Shown here: positions 12,020 through 29,095 of the stretch, piece by piece
Layout of the letters: the number at the start of each line of letters is the position of its first letter
How positions within the stretch are numbered: position 1 is the first letter of the stretch
Assembly (NCBI GenBank): GCA_951406725.2
Contig: OX597830.1
Span: forward strand, 38,254,001-38,318,000
DNA length: 64,000 nucleotides
From: Octopus vulgaris
Taxonomy: Eukaryota
Direction: 5' to 3'
Notes under the pieces: generated by a model
What the model was told of the DNA's origin: nothing
Seen by the model: only the letters and a program-made list of their open reading frames with translations
Database searches by the model: none
Made by a program: the position numbers and the translations under genes

Positions 12020-12062
<43 letters not shown>

Positions 12063-12335
12063 GTTCTTATAAATCATTCATTAGTATTTTTTTTGTGTAT
12101 TGTGATACGCACTTTTTCTTCTTTAAACTTGTAACTTATAAATCTTGAACTCGTACGAAATTTAATTTCACTAAACTCACGTCTGCGTCTATTAAAGTGA
12201 CGAAAATGCATAAAAACTATGGCAAAGTATGAACTTTAATTAAAAGTTTGTCTAAATTTCTATATTTCTTAAGCGCATCCATATATCATTCGTCTAAATC
12301 TTAAATATCTCTACTTGTTTTCCCCTTATCATCAG

Positions 12336-12503
12336 TTCTTCTTCTTCTTCTTCTTCTTCTTCTTCTTCTTCTTCTTCTTCTTCTTCTTCTTCTTCTTCTT
12401 CTTCTTCTTCTTCTTCTTCTTCTTCTTCTTCTTCTTCTTCTTCTTCTTCTTCTTCTTCTTCTTCTTCTTCTTCTTCTTCTTCTTCTTCTTCTTCTTCTTC
12501 TTC
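12336..12503. repeat. (CTT)n microsatellite, about 56 units
   Basis: Direct reading; source of the poly-F and poly-R ORFs. Confidence 0.97.
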
Positions 12504-12619
12504 TACATAACAATACTTTTCAGCATTTCCTTTTTTATCTATCCAAACAATATATCAGGTTTAATTTCTACTCTAACCGCTTATGTAGTTAGGACAACGC
12601 CACCCCGTTTTAACCCATA

Positions 12620-15610
<2,991 letters not shown>

Positions 15611-15819
15611 GTATTATGTCGCAATATCTTTGGCGCCGTTAGTTAAAATTGTAACGCTTGAGTGAACATGTCTAGTGACGATGTCTAGCATCAAAGCTGT
15701 CTGAAGTTTATTTGTCGAATGAAATATAGCAAGATAACGCAATTAGTAGTAATCACAGAAATTTTTATAGGTTTCCCACTCGGTCCGTGCGTTAATATCA
15801 CGTGACTATCTATTTTGCG

Positions 15820-18729
15820 CCAATAACTAAGGTTGGCAAAGTTTCGTAAAGAAAACCAAACTGGAGGAGTAGAATCGAAACTGAGTTTGAATCATTGCGA
15901 AGGGAGATATCAATATTAACTGGTATTAACTGGGCTAATCTCTGGAAATGGTGTAAGATCAAGAAAAGGCAGAAAGATTGTGAGGAAATATGGACTCTCA
16001 ATATGAGAAGAACTATTGTCAGCGACAGAAACACTTAAACAAAAAATTCAAGCAAAAGCTCAGAGAATACACAAATTTGAGAAAAGAATCAAATACTTCA
16101 AGCAAATTAAGATGTTGAAATCCAATGCCAAATCATTTTATAAGGAAATGGGGAAAGAAAAAAATAACCATTGAAAATCCACCCCTAATGGAAGAAGTTG
16201 AAACTTTTTGGAAAGGGATCTAGAGTGATGAGAAACCATACAATGAAAATACAGACTGGATTAAACGCTCCCAAGATGCCTACGAAAATCTAAAAGAACA
16301 TCTCAATCGTCGACCTAAAGAGGGCACTAACGAAGTTTCATACGTGAAAATCACCTGGTATTGATAGAATACCAAATTTCTGGCTGTCATCACTATTGTC
16401 GGCACACAAAATGTTAGTAATACTATTTAATAGTATTATGAAAGACACGGAAAAAAACTCCCCATTGCATGGCAAATGGTATTACTTACCTCCTCCCCAA
16501 AAATAACGAAGCCAAAGACCCCCCCACCAAACAAAAAAAAAAACTACCGGCCTATAACATGTTTGTCTACTACCTATAAGATTTTGACATATATTCTAGT
16601 GGAGAAGACATATACGTTTATGGAAGAGAATAACCTCTTTTCCACTGAACAAAAAGGATGAAAACAAGGCTCATACGGATGCAAAGAACAGCTCCTAATT
16701 AATCGTAAATCCTTGAGAATTGCCACAATAAGCGCAGAAATCGCAGCTCTTCATGGACTGATTATAAAAAAGCCTTTGACAGCATACCACATTCGTGGAT
16801 TCTGAAATCGCTGTACATTTTCAAAATTTCTCCAGTGATTTAAGATTTTTTTTAAAGTATAATACGTCACTATTGGAACATAACACTCCAATTATATAAT
16901 TCTAATGGGGTATTGCGCTCAAACAATATTAGCATAAACTGTGGCATTTTCCAAGGTGACTTACTTTCACCAATAATATTCTTCATAGCACTAATACTAC
17001 TCGCAAGTGAACTGAATAGAACAGGGTATGGCTACAAAATTGACAACAGGAAAATAAGCCATCTATTTTATATGGATGATTTAAAACTATATAGCAAATA
17101 TGATGAAGAACTTGAAGGATATACTACAGAGTGTGAAAGTATTCAGTGAAAATATCGGGATGAAGTTTGGCCTTGAAAAATATGCCATAGCCACTTTTAA
17201 GAAAGGGAAATTGGTAAAGTCAAGTTCAATCGAATTAGATGTCTAAACAGTAATAAAGGAATTTCAGCAGGAACAAACCTATAAATACCTAGGAATAAAT
17301 GAAGGCTCTGGTATCCAGTATGTATGCATGAAAGAGAAGGTTAGGAAGGAATGTTATAGAAGAGTTCGAGCAGTCCTGAAGCCTGAGCTGAATGCATATA
17401 ATAAGGTGTTAGCCATAAATCCCTTAGCAGTCCCGGTCGTTCTTTATAGCATCAATGTGCTTAACTGGAATACCAGTGAAATATAAAAAATGATAGAAAA
17501 ATCCGCAAGCTACTAACTTGTAATAAGATGCACCATCCAAAGGCAGACGTGGATTCTCTATACCTTCCCAAAGCTCAGGGAGGTCGACGTTCGATCCAGC
17601 TTGAACGTACGTACAAACCCACCACAATGGGACTGGCCAAATACCTTGAAAGAACCAACGACTGGATGCTAAAACTGTTTGAGAAACATGAGAGACCGAA
17701 AAAAGACTTTACTCTTTTCTGAAAGAGAGCAAACAATCCGCTACTGATCTCTTAGATACACACCAGATTGATCAGGTTGAAGGAAATGCCGCCAACTCTG
17801 CTACAAAGAAAACAAAATTAATTACAAAGACAAACGTACATAACAAATTATCTAGCAGATGGGAACATAAACTTCTGCATGGCAAGTATGTGGCTCGTAG
17901 CAAACAAGCTGATGTCGACAAGAAACATACGCATCAATGGTTAGGAAGCTCAGGGCTAAAAGCAGATAGTGAAGGTTTCATATTAGCTGCTCAAGACCAA
18001 AGCTTATTAACCCGGAACTACCAAGCCAATGTGATAAAAAAATGGAGCTGACCCAAAATGCCGATTCTGTAACGATGACATTAAACCTATAGACCACCTA
18101 ATATCAGGGTGTAGAGTCTTCGCACATATGTCGGCATTATAAAATCAAAACCGCCGACAAGTGGTATAAACACCATCCTGAAGCTGTGACTAAAGGAAAA
18201 AATGTGTCGATTCTCTGGGAATTTCCCGTACATACCGACAAACTATAAAAGCTAAGCGGATATTATTACAAAAGATCAGACAGAAAAGGTGTGTTTATTA
18301 ATCGACATGAGTATTCCTTGCGATCATAATATAACGGCGAAAGAATTTGACAAGATCAGTAAATATAAAGACTTGCTAATAGAAATTGAAAAAATGTGGT
18401 ATCTCAAGGCGACTACAGTACCAGTGATTGTAGGATCTCTAGGAATAATAAAAAAGAAGGTACTGAACCTATTTGAAAATTATACCAAGCTTACTATCCC
18501 TACAGGAAGTGCAAAAAATCGTGTTAACTGGAACTACTCATGTATTGAGAAGATCATTATCGCTGTGAAAACAACTTCTATTCATGAATTTATTTATTTA
18601 TTAATCTTTTTAAATACATATTTTACAAAATGTGCGTGTGTATTCTTGGAATGCATGCAATCAGCTTCTCTGCCCAAGGTGTACGGAAAACAAACGGCGA
18701 GAAATGGAAGAAGAGTTGAAGAAGGAAGC
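15820..18729 (+). mobile_element. Dong/R4-clade non-LTR retrotransposon (RT + CCHC + restriction-like endonuclease), 5'-truncated and decayed
   Basis: NYRPITCLSTTYKILT, GIFQGDLLSP, HLFYMDDLKLY, YKYLG, AAQDQSLLTRNY, C-RFC...DHLISGC, LIDMSIP...KISKYKDL...VPVIVGSLG. Many stops and frameshifts; ends in an (AAT)n tail as expected for Dong-type elements. Confidence 0.9.
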
Positions 18730-18750
18730 AACAACAACAACAACAACAAC

Positions 18751-18785
<35 letters not shown>

Positions 18786-18831
18786 TAATAATAATAATAA
18801 TAGCAACAACAACAACAACAATAACAATAAC

Positions 18832-18868
<37 letters not shown>

Positions 18869-18897
18869 GCAACAACAACAACAACAATAACAATAAC

Positions 18898-18970
<73 letters not shown>

Positions 18971-18971
18971 T
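18730..18971. repeat. (AAC/AAT)n tract (tail or target of the Dong-type LINE) with an internal higher-order repeat
   Basis: Direct reading; the block agcaacaacaacaacaacaataacaataacaat(aat)n recurs. Confidence 0.95.
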
Positions 18972-19239
18972 ATGATAATAATGAAAACGACAAGACACCC
19001 AGCATTATAAGATTTGCAACTTTTGCCACATTACAAGATGAAAATTGCACGTAAAGCAAATACATGAGACGTTTGTTTTGAATTATTTATAAAATACAAT
19101 AAATAGCTCAAAAATATTAAAAATGACAAAATAGCGTACTTTCTGAATTTCATGACTCTCAATAAAACGTCTTAAACCCTTCCATTTAAAAGCACTCTGT
19201 CACCATTTAATTACTATGATGATTTTTATCATTATGCAA

Positions 19240-19560
19240 TAAACACTAACACAATTCCCACCAAAACCATCATCACCACCAGTGCCACCACCTCTACGAC
19301 GACGACCACCACCACCATTATCATTATTATCATCACATCATCATCGTTGTGGTCGTCGTCGTCTCTAACATTACAAGCATCGTCAGAGAAATATATTGTT
19401 TTCAACATCCCCATCGTCGGTCTCATCTTGATAGTGTGAAATTTGTTACCGACACTAACACGAAAATAATCGCCACCATTACAACCGTGGCAATCACAAC
19501 AATCACAACAACCACCGCTATCAACATCGCCACCATCACTACTACGCTTATACTTGAACA
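19240..19560. repeat. Degenerate (CAC/CAT/CAA)-rich low-complexity tract
   Basis: Direct reading; gives Thr/Ile- and Val/Asp-rich spurious ORFs. Confidence 0.75.
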
Positions 19561-19730
19561 CCGGTATCAAATTCATCCCGGTTATCATAGGAAAATATCC
19601 ATATTACACAAGATACAATCCGTTCTATTAATATATGCATCCATACTTCTATCCACCTCACAGACACACTCTAGAACACACAGGCGTACTCATTTCCCTT
19701 TAGTTATTGATATATAATTATATGATATGC

Positions 19731-19786
<56 letters not shown>

Positions 19787-20168
19787 CAGATATATGTGTA
19801 CGTGTGTGTGCGTCCGTCTGCATGCCCACTCGCATATGTGTGTGCGTTTGTGTGAGTGTGTGTGTGTGTAAGTTTACGTAAGTCTGTGCGTGATTGTTTG
19901 CATAAATAGAAACCTGTGTATATTTATTTATATATACATATATACGCGCACATGTGTGTACCAGGCTGGATTAACTATAAAATAAGAGAAGTCAAGACAC
20001 TTTTTTTCTTTTCTTTTTTCTTAATTCGTTCCATGATTAACAACATGCAGATATAGGTACATAGATAGCGAAATAGGTAGGTAGGTTTAAATGCCAGCTG
20101 TTTCCTCTTGAAACATGTTTGTTTATTTCATTATTACACTCCTGAATGTACGTACGTGTGTGTGTATG

Positions 20169-20205
<37 letters not shown>

Positions 20206-20938
20206 GTGTGTGTGTGCGTGTGTTTGTATAATATAATCTACTGAGATTGCTTATCTTACGTGTTCTTTCTGATACCAGTGTTATCCATCATGTGTCGGCT
20301 AACTTTAGAAGTATACTTTTGAAACCGTGGGTAATATCAAGAATTATACTAGAAATGGTAAGAAGTATAAATTAACTTTTATTAATTTTATTCGTGCTTA
20401 TAAAAAATCATGAAATGGATAAATATTTCGAAACTAAAAAATTATTAAAATAATATCTAATTAAATCAAATCTCACGTCTGAAAACTCTCCCTCAATTCC
20501 CCTCCTCTTTCCCTGTCTCTATGATTTTTTCCCACTTCACTCTATGTGTTTGTAGCGTTCTTTACTCATTGCCTGTCACCTAGTCTAGGAAGAACACTCG
20601 TCAGGCACCTTTTTCGTTATATCTTCAGTTTTATGTGTTTTAGTCATTCTCACCCTATATCTCTATATCAAAAAACCAGCAACATACAAGCAAAAGAAAA
20701 AAAAAAAGAAGCATCCATATAAATCGAGTATTACTATATGGAAACAACATTGGGTGCTGGCCTGGTGGATGATCTAGAAGAAAAAAGATAATTTTAATCT
20801 ACTTTATTTCACTCAACACGTCATAACATCTTGTCTGTTAGACGATATAAATGCCGAAGTGTAAACACTGTAAAGTTGCATTTGAAGGAACTTTCATTTG
20901 GCTTTAATCCAATCATAGGATACTCTGTGCATATATGT

Positions 20939-21043
<105 letters not shown>

Positions 21044-21804
21044 TATAAGCATATTATATATATATATATATATATAAAGTATGTCTGCGTGTGTGTGTGT
21101 GTGTGCTTTTTATTTTGCAGCCTGCGTAATATTGCTTATCTTACTTTCGTGTCCATGATTTATTGTTCATTCAGTATATGAAATAACTATAGTCTGTTAT
21201 AGTACACCATCAGTGCTTTAAGAGGTTTTTGTTGCTGAGGGAAAAAAAGTTTGACAATTTTCCAATGACGGACTCGATACCACCGATATTTTTGTGTGTA
21301 TGTACGAGTGTGAGTGTGTTTGTCCGTGTGTGTGTATGTGTGTGTGTGTGTGTTTGTATGAATGTATGCGATAGTAGATATCGGTGTATATCCATATGTC
21401 TATGATATACATACATACATACACATTCATTATTTATCCGTATAATGGAAAGTTCCAGTAAAATCATTTAACCCACGTGGTAAATTATATTGAATAATAA
21501 AAAAGAAGCAAAATGCACAGAAGTTAATGTAGGCAATATATATGTGCGCGCGTGTTTGTGTATGCGTTTATGCATAAATATGTATGTATATATATATATA
21601 TGAGGATATAAACAAACCAGCATCGGTTGGAAAGCGACGGCAGGGGGATAAACACAAACACACACACAGAAATATATATATTTCTTCTTCCATTTTCCCA
21701 GTTTCCATCTACTAAATCCACACAAAAGGCCATGATCCACTCGGCGCTGTGGTAGAAGACAATTGCCTTTTTTCCTTCTGACTTACTTTATTTCCTCTTA
21801 TTAC

Positions 21805-21945
21805 TTTTTGTTGAAGAGCATACGCTCGAAACATAAGAGACGTTTTTTTGATTTTTGCTAAACGACAAAATAATGCACCTCATTGTTGTTCATACACATG
21901 TCTTCGTCTTTTGATGTTTCCTGGCCCTATAAAATTCTACTATAT
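21805..21945 (+). mobile_element. Decayed Penelope-type terminus with a minimal hammerhead remnant
   Basis: TTGAAGA gcatacgctc GAAAC ATA, compared with the minimal consensus CTGANGA g..c GAAAC GTH. Two core mutations; ends in (TA)n. Confidence 0.4.
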
Positions 21946-21946
21946 A

Positions 21947-22021
<75 letters not shown>

Positions 22022-22185
22022 TGTGTATGCGTGTGTATGTGTATGTGTGTATTTATATATATATATATGCGTGTGTGTATAAGTAAAGGTAGATCTCAAT
22101 CTATCTCTCTAGTCTATCTATCTACCTATATGTATACTCATATATATTATATATATATATACACACACATAAACACACACACATA

Positions 22186-22255
<70 letters not shown>

Positions 22256-22494
22256 CATACACAGAACGGCAGACACACATATAGAGAGAAAGATATGTGT
22301 ATGTCCAAAGAAGTTCACATGCTAACTATGAAGAATAGACAAAATCGGTGAAGTCTTGCATGTATAAATTTCAACATCCATGTTATTAATAACTGCATCA
22401 TCACCCTTCAGGTAAAGTCACATATGACTGTGCGAAGATGACTCCAAAGCTAACCAGTAACGACTTCTCTTGGAGATGGACAATATATACACAC

Positions 22495-22525
<31 letters not shown>

Positions 22526-22553
22526 CTTTATTTTAAGCAGCAGAAAATTCAAC

Positions 22554-22601
22554 AAAACTTGTTACTCTGAGTTTCACGTTGCCGTTCGTCGGACAGGTTT
22601 T
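22554..22601 (-). ncRNA. Type I hammerhead-like motif with CCGACGA core
   Basis: Reverse: aaaacctgt CCGACGA acg gcaa cgt GAAAC tcaga GTA acaagtttt. Stem I 8/9 pairs, stem II 3 bp. Same family as 11780-12010. Confidence 0.65.
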
Positions 22602-22689
22602 GCTAGCAAATAAAGCATATTACTCTACCACTGGTATTTGTGTACTCTTTCTTCCACCTTGTTTCACATTTATGTGTTTAATCCGGTAC

Positions 22690-22737
<48 letters not shown>

Positions 22738-22814
22738 GCGTTTGTGCGTGTTAATACAAACATACACACACACACACATATCTCTCTCTATATATATATA
22801 TACATGCTACTTTT

Positions 22815-23110
22815 TTATTTTATTACTTGTTTCAGTCATTTGATTGCGGCACTGCTGGAGCACCATCATAAAGTGTGCTAGTAGAAGAAATCGACACCAT
22901 GACCTATTCTTTGTAAGCCTAGTACTTATTCTATTTGTCGCTTTTATCGAACCGCTAATTTATGGGGACGCAAACACACCAGCACCAGGTGTCAAGCGGT
23001 CGCGGGGGGAATAAATACACACACAAATATATACAACGGGCTTCCAGTTTCCGTCTAAAGATTCCACACAGAAGTCTTTGGTCGCCCCGAGGCTATAGCA
23101 TAAAACACTA
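22815..23110 (-). mobile_element. SINE family A, diverged and lacking its 5' head
   Basis: acttgtttcagtcatttgattgcggcactgctggagcacc...gaaccgctaa...cgaggctatag. Confidence 0.82.
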
Positions 23111-23671
23111 TGTATAATACAACTTTTTTATACTTGTTGTTTATCTATCTTCTACAGTACATTTTCACACACACATACACACACTCATATATTATTATTA
23201 CTCACTGTAAGCTGGCTGGGCGATGATAAGTATTTACACAGAGGACACATTGTAGTTATTTTGGGAATTTATGAACGACCATCTCAGCCGATAGTATTTG
23301 TATTGATTTCGAATATAATATGAAAATGCAAGTCTCCAGATTGTTAGATGTACCAAAATATATTCGTAACATGATCGTCACCAGGGGAAAGGAACCATAA
23401 GCGCAAATAATACAATTATATATGCTTACAAGATCCTACCCAGGACCAAATTTATTTTTACAGGATGTGGTGGACACATAGATTTATAAAAAAAATAACC
23501 ATTCTTCCTGCTCATATTTTGCGCGAAAACATTTACTGTGAAAAAATATAAAGATTGTATAAATAACGTAGTTTAAAATTATTATATTACATTGATATTT
23601 AGTGAGTCTTTTCACTATACTGTCTAATATTATTGAAAGTCTATACTGGTTAAAGTGCAAAAATAAATAAA

Positions 23672-23724
<53 letters not shown>

Positions 23725-23725
23725 C

Positions 23726-23758
<33 letters not shown>

Positions 23759-24074
23759 CACAACAGACAGACAGACACACACATGTATATTTATTTATGT
23801 ACGAGATATGTATAGGATAATAAAAATCACATTTGATTTAGACAAAATTGCAAACCCACTTTTCACTAATTTTGCTATCCTAGGCATACGTTTGTCGTTG
23901 GTATGTATTAAGCTGTTTTATTTGTTGCTGTAAACTGTAACCATATTTTCACAAGTGGAAACAAACCAAATAATGGAAGTATCATTTATACAATTTCAAG
24001 TAAGTTAAGTATTTGCGTAAGAGAACCTGAACCATACCTTAGATACTCTATACAGACCGGGGTTCGGTGTGCGT

Positions 24075-24240
24075 GCGTTCCCGTAAATAAGTGGTTCGGC
24101 TAAAGAGACTGATAGAATTAAGTACACGGTTTTACAAATATACACATATATAGTGGGGTCGATTCCTTCGACTAAAAATCTTCAAGGCGATGCCCCAGGA
24201 TGTCTGCAGTCGAATGAGTGACTCAAGTAAAAAGTAAAAA
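24075..24240 (+). mobile_element. SINE family A 3' half, diverged
   Basis: cccgtaa...ggttcggctaaagagactgatagaattaagtac...aaggcgatgccccag...aagtaaaaag. Confidence 0.7.
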
Positions 24241-25509
24241 GTTTTGTAATTACGAAACTTAAATCTTCTAACTGTGGCAGATTTAATAGTGATCTTATGC
24301 ATGGATATTTGCAATCTATTTTCACTTTCGTATTTCTAATTCATTACATGATGATTCATATGGAAACCAGAAAATCATAAAGATTTTCTCACCAGAGAAA
24401 TGACATATACAATCCTGATTTATGGATTCTTCGATAATATTTTAATGCTTATTTGAAAACACAATATATCCGGAAACATTCTCCTCAGTGGTAATAAACA
24501 TCGTTAAGGAAAAGTGTTTTCTAAAATGAATGACATTGATAATCTGTGGCCAAATATAATTTTTATGAAGTAACTTTAAATGTAAATCCAGGTGGTTGCG
24601 TATTTTGCAAAATGTCTAACTGTGGAAAATAGCATTTCTTTTCACAATCGTTTTCATGTAGATATGGACTGGAATATTGTATGAAATATATGAAGATGCT
24701 GAGATATCTAGGTCCCCCACTACTTGATAGTGTATGAACAGATAATATACATATAAATATTACCAAGAATATTCTTTTGACAACTGATAGCGACCAATTA
24801 TACAGAAGATGTAACATTTCTTTTGTTAGAATTGCACTCAGAAGCTATAGTCTAGAACACATTGTCAAAATGAATCCAGGATTTATTTCAAACAAACGCT
24901 TTAAATCTCTACACATACTTTGATGACTAAAAGCCATCTGCACGCTTTCCACTCAGAGAGCAGACTATCCTATAATGTAATCCAAATGGCTTCATTGTAT
25001 GCCTGTGTGTATTTATAATCATTAATCACTGTCAACTTCAAATATGGTCACTGATTTGGGAGATATGGTTGAAGGTAGATGATATGTAAAACACAGATAT
25101 CATAAGTGAGTTTGAATGCATAGCAGCTAACGGTATATGAGGCGTTCTTTGTTTTCAGGAGATTCTCTGCTTTATTGAGCACAAAATGTGCATCTGTTGT
25201 TGAACAGTCTAAATAACGAAACGTAAAGTTGCTATAGAGAGAATAGTATGCAGCAGAAATACAAAAACACACTCAAACGAACACACTGCAGGCGTAAACA
25301 TTTGTAGGTCTCCAAACAAAACTATATTTTCATATATCTTGTTCAACATTATTTTTCCTCATTAACATATAAATGCAACACTAGTTAAAGAGAATTCATT
25401 AAATTTACATAATAGTTGCATACAAGAATATTATCTTATATAGATTCACATTCACAATACACACACACACAAATATATATATGAATATATGTGAATTTAT
25501 GTAAATTTA

Positions 25510-25544
<35 letters not shown>

Positions 25545-25580
25545 TATATATATATACATAAATTCACATGTATGTATACG

Positions 25581-25634
<54 letters not shown>

Positions 25635-25665
25635 TAAATAGACAGATATCGATATGATATATATA

Positions 25666-25711
<46 letters not shown>

Positions 25712-25716
25712 TAGTA

Positions 25717-25750
<34 letters not shown>

Positions 25751-26039
25751 TGTACATATATATATATATATATACACATATATACATATACATGCATACA
25801 TACATATATATATATATATATATAAATATATGTACATAATCGACTGGAATCGATTCAACACAAAGAAGGCAATTCTTGTGCAATTGACCTGCTGAATTGA
25901 ATATCTGATTGGTGTTCAATAGGAATGAATAACACAATGTGTTTGGTGAGGAGCCTTAATACTTATTCTCGAACTGTAATGTGCGGAATTACAATATAGG
26001 TTACTATGCAATTGGTCATGGTATTGAAAGAGAGGTTGC

Positions 26040-26072
<33 letters not shown>

Positions 26073-27054
26073 CACCGAACTATACACTATCAAATGAATG
26101 CAATTTGGCTTTTAGCACGGCTAAATGAACAATATATCAAATGACTAATATATTATTCTGTTGACATAAGGAGTTTGTTTTTCCTGCTTATTTAATGGTG
26201 CTATGTTTATGACTACTTTGCTTCTTAGTAGTAAACGAAGGACAACGACACGTATTTTAGAGGTGCCACGTGATATATTATATAACACTATAAATAGAAT
26301 TTCTGTTTTATCGATTATCTCTTTGGTCGACAGGATTTTAGCATTGGGCCCAAAACATCATTCGATTTTTCATCATTTAATCATGGGTTTTATTTATGAA
26401 TGAACTGCGATATATTAAAGTCATTTTCTGCCGTTTTCTTTATGGCTTTCACACCTAACATCGATGGTAACCTTCGTCAATCAATCCCAAAGAAGTTTTT
26501 GACTTTATCAGACCTGCACCATGCTCTCTACACCTTGCTCTTTAATTTATGGTTGATGCGGTGTCCATTTCCCATGTAATAGTGTTTCTTTTAACACCTA
26601 CTAGATGATTTGGTAGTGTGTGTATAATCAGTTATCATGTAAATTTCTTTATCCCCAGGTTCATTTTTCACAGAGCTGTGCTGCTGTTCTTGTCCAGCCA
26701 GGATACACAAGAGAAAATTGTTAACTCATCTATTTCTGCAGCGTCACAGTATGTTACCTCAAAAATAGAACTGTTCTAACTATTTAAATATTTTTAGTTG
26801 AATATTTTCAGCATTTGTACAGTGGGATAGGAATCTAAATGACCGAATACAATTGCTCTGCAGAACATATTTCTGCTACTCAAATATGGAAAGGTCTCTA
26901 ATTTCCCTGCTGCAGGAGTACTGATAAATGAATCTATTTCTAAACCTTGATATATAAACCCATCTTCATACACTGTTTGACCTGTTGGCATATGAAAGAA
27001 AAGTTTTTCTCTAATAGTTTCATGCTAAATAAATTTGTCCATTCATCTTCAGTT

Positions 27055-27225
27055 ACGTAAGGCGGTGAGCTTTCGTCCGTCCTTACTAGTTCAAATGCCA
27101 CCGAGGTTGACTTTGCCTCTGATCCTCCTCCCAGGGTCGATAACTTGAGTACCAGTTGAACACTGATGTCGATATAATCGACTTAACCGCTTCCACAAAA
27201 TTGTTGGCCTTGTGCCAATATTTGG
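27055..27225 (+). mobile_element. SINE family B, diverged
   Basis: aaggcggtgagct...gttcaaatgccaccgaggttgactttgcct...gggtcgataa...gtaccagt...ggccttgtgcc. Confidence 0.75.
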
Positions 27226-27444
27226 AAACAATCTTTCGTTTAAGTTCGTAATTAATGTAATAGTTACGGCAACCACAGACTAAATTGTTAGACAGTATTA
27301 CACTAACAACTTCGATGTGTAGGGGCAAGTATGTTCCACCTTAGTGACCATTACCCCTACAATGATGAATACCATCTTAGCATATTCAGTGCAGGTTCTG
27401 TTTTTAAAGAAGCATGTCTTTCAGTTTCTTGCGAGCGTTACATC

Positions 27445-27657
27445 TCTTTTACTCGTTTCAGCCATGTGACTGTGGCCATACTGGAGCACCGCCTTTGATC
27501 GAGCAAATCACCCCCAGGACTTATTCTTTGTAAGCCTAGTACTTATTATATCGGGCTCTTTTGCCGAACCGCTAAGTTACGGGGACGTAAACACATCATC
27601 ATCTGTTGTCAAGTGATATTTGGCGGGGACAAACAAAGACACACAAACATACACACA

Positions 27658-27741
<84 letters not shown>

Positions 27742-27877
27742 CAAATCCACTCACAAGGCTTTGGTCGGCCCGAGGCTATACTAGAAGACACTTGCCCAAG
27801 GTGCCACGCAGCGGGACTGAACCCGGAACCATGTGGCTCGTAAGCAAGCTATTTACCACACAGTCACTCCTACGCCT
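27445..27877 (-). mobile_element. SINE family A, near full length, with internal (TA)n(TG)n
   Basis: Reverse strand begins aggcgtaggagtgactgtgtggtaa (A box), has ggttcagtccc (B box) and ccttgggcaagtgtctt, and ends in an (GAGTAAAA)-type tail. Confidence 0.92.
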
Positions 27878-28823
27878 ATATATATATATATATATAATTT
27901 GTTCATTCGGCTTCTTTTGACATGTAGAATTTTAGTAAATTCCTCTTTAGAGCTATGTGAATGGTGGCTTTGTAAGTAAAAGTGTCGCTGTGATATTATT
28001 TCAGTGGCGATGCATATTGAACAATAATTAATTGGATGAATAATATGGGGAGGTCTCGAATAATCTGTCACTAGAGAATACTCCTCAGATTATGGAAACA
28101 GAAACCTACCTAACCAAAACATCTATAACGAACGACCGGGGAAGAGGGCAGGGATCATCTTCTCATTCGTAGGATCAGTTATTGATATGTGGCTACAACA
28201 AATGAGGTTTCAGGTGAGAATTCAAGTAATCCAACTTATGATTGCTATGCCATATCCACACTTTCGGGATACATGTTTTCTATTTATAAATATAATCATA
28301 ATATAATGGGATAAAAATCTCTTCACAGCATATCAACGGAGCTGCGTCTGTTGCTGTCTTCCAGTGCCTTCACTTTCAGTAGAACGAACATAAAATCAAT
28401 TGTAGTAGCTATTTATGTTTATTTACGGAGCTTTATGGGGAGAACCAGAGATTAATAAACCGTAGATATCATATTTAGGCGAAACATTATGAGTAACCAA
28501 CACCTATAATCAAGCACCTCAGGTATTGACAATAAAACGAAAATGAATAAATAAATAAATTGTACACTTGCGTTAAAAATCTTCCTGCTGCTAGGGCGTT
28601 AATGGATTTCTACAGACATTGCTTTTGGTGGTGCAATGACGTCACATGGAGACTCGTCTGTTTGAATGTATGTGAGTGCCCCTCTGCGTATGCGTGGGTG
28701 TGTGTGCATTAGCGGGCGTGTGTTTGTATGTGTATTTGTGTGTGTGTGTGTGTGTGTCATATTCAAAGTTGACTGTATTATGCTTCTATTTTAGTTATAC
28801 TGGAAATATATATTCTAAATTCC

Positions 28824-28871
<48 letters not shown>

Positions 28872-28893
28872 ATAGATAGATATATATATATAT

Positions 28894-28960
<67 letters not shown>

Positions 28961-28964
28961 TATG

Positions 28965-29095
28965 CACGGCAGGATTCTCCCTGTTTCTATCAATGAAATC
29001 CACTCACAAGATTCTGGTCGACGCGAAGCTGCAGTAGAAGACACTTACTTCAAATAGCACACAGGGAAGCTGAACACGGAACCATGTGGTTGAGA
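28965..29095 (-). mobile_element. SINE family A 5' half, diverged
   Basis: aaatccactcacaag...gtagaagacactt...ctgaacacggaaccatgtggtt next to (GATA)n. Confidence 0.7.

Larger units (their letters stand above)
24570..28400 (-). pseudogene. Decayed C-type lectin-like exons interrupted by SINEs and microsatellites
   Basis: 28280-28100: TCIPKVWIWHSNH ... HISITDPTNEKMI ... MFWLG. 27410-27320: TCFFKN/HCRGNGH*GGTYLP. 26990-26800: GQTVYEDG...FCRAI. 25210-24930: acceptor, then CYAFKLTYDIC ... AIWITL*...W. Near 24665 the acceptor ttccag precedes HENDCEKKCYF. Confidence 0.48.

Noticed and set aside
20530-20612. Reverse-strand CTGACGA with a gtgttctt/aagaacgc stem II
   Set aside because: GAAA and stem I are missing; at most a heavily decayed hammerhead.
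28637-28644. Perfect CRE motif TGACGTCA
   Set aside because: One 8-mer in 64 kb is near chance expectation, with no promoter context.
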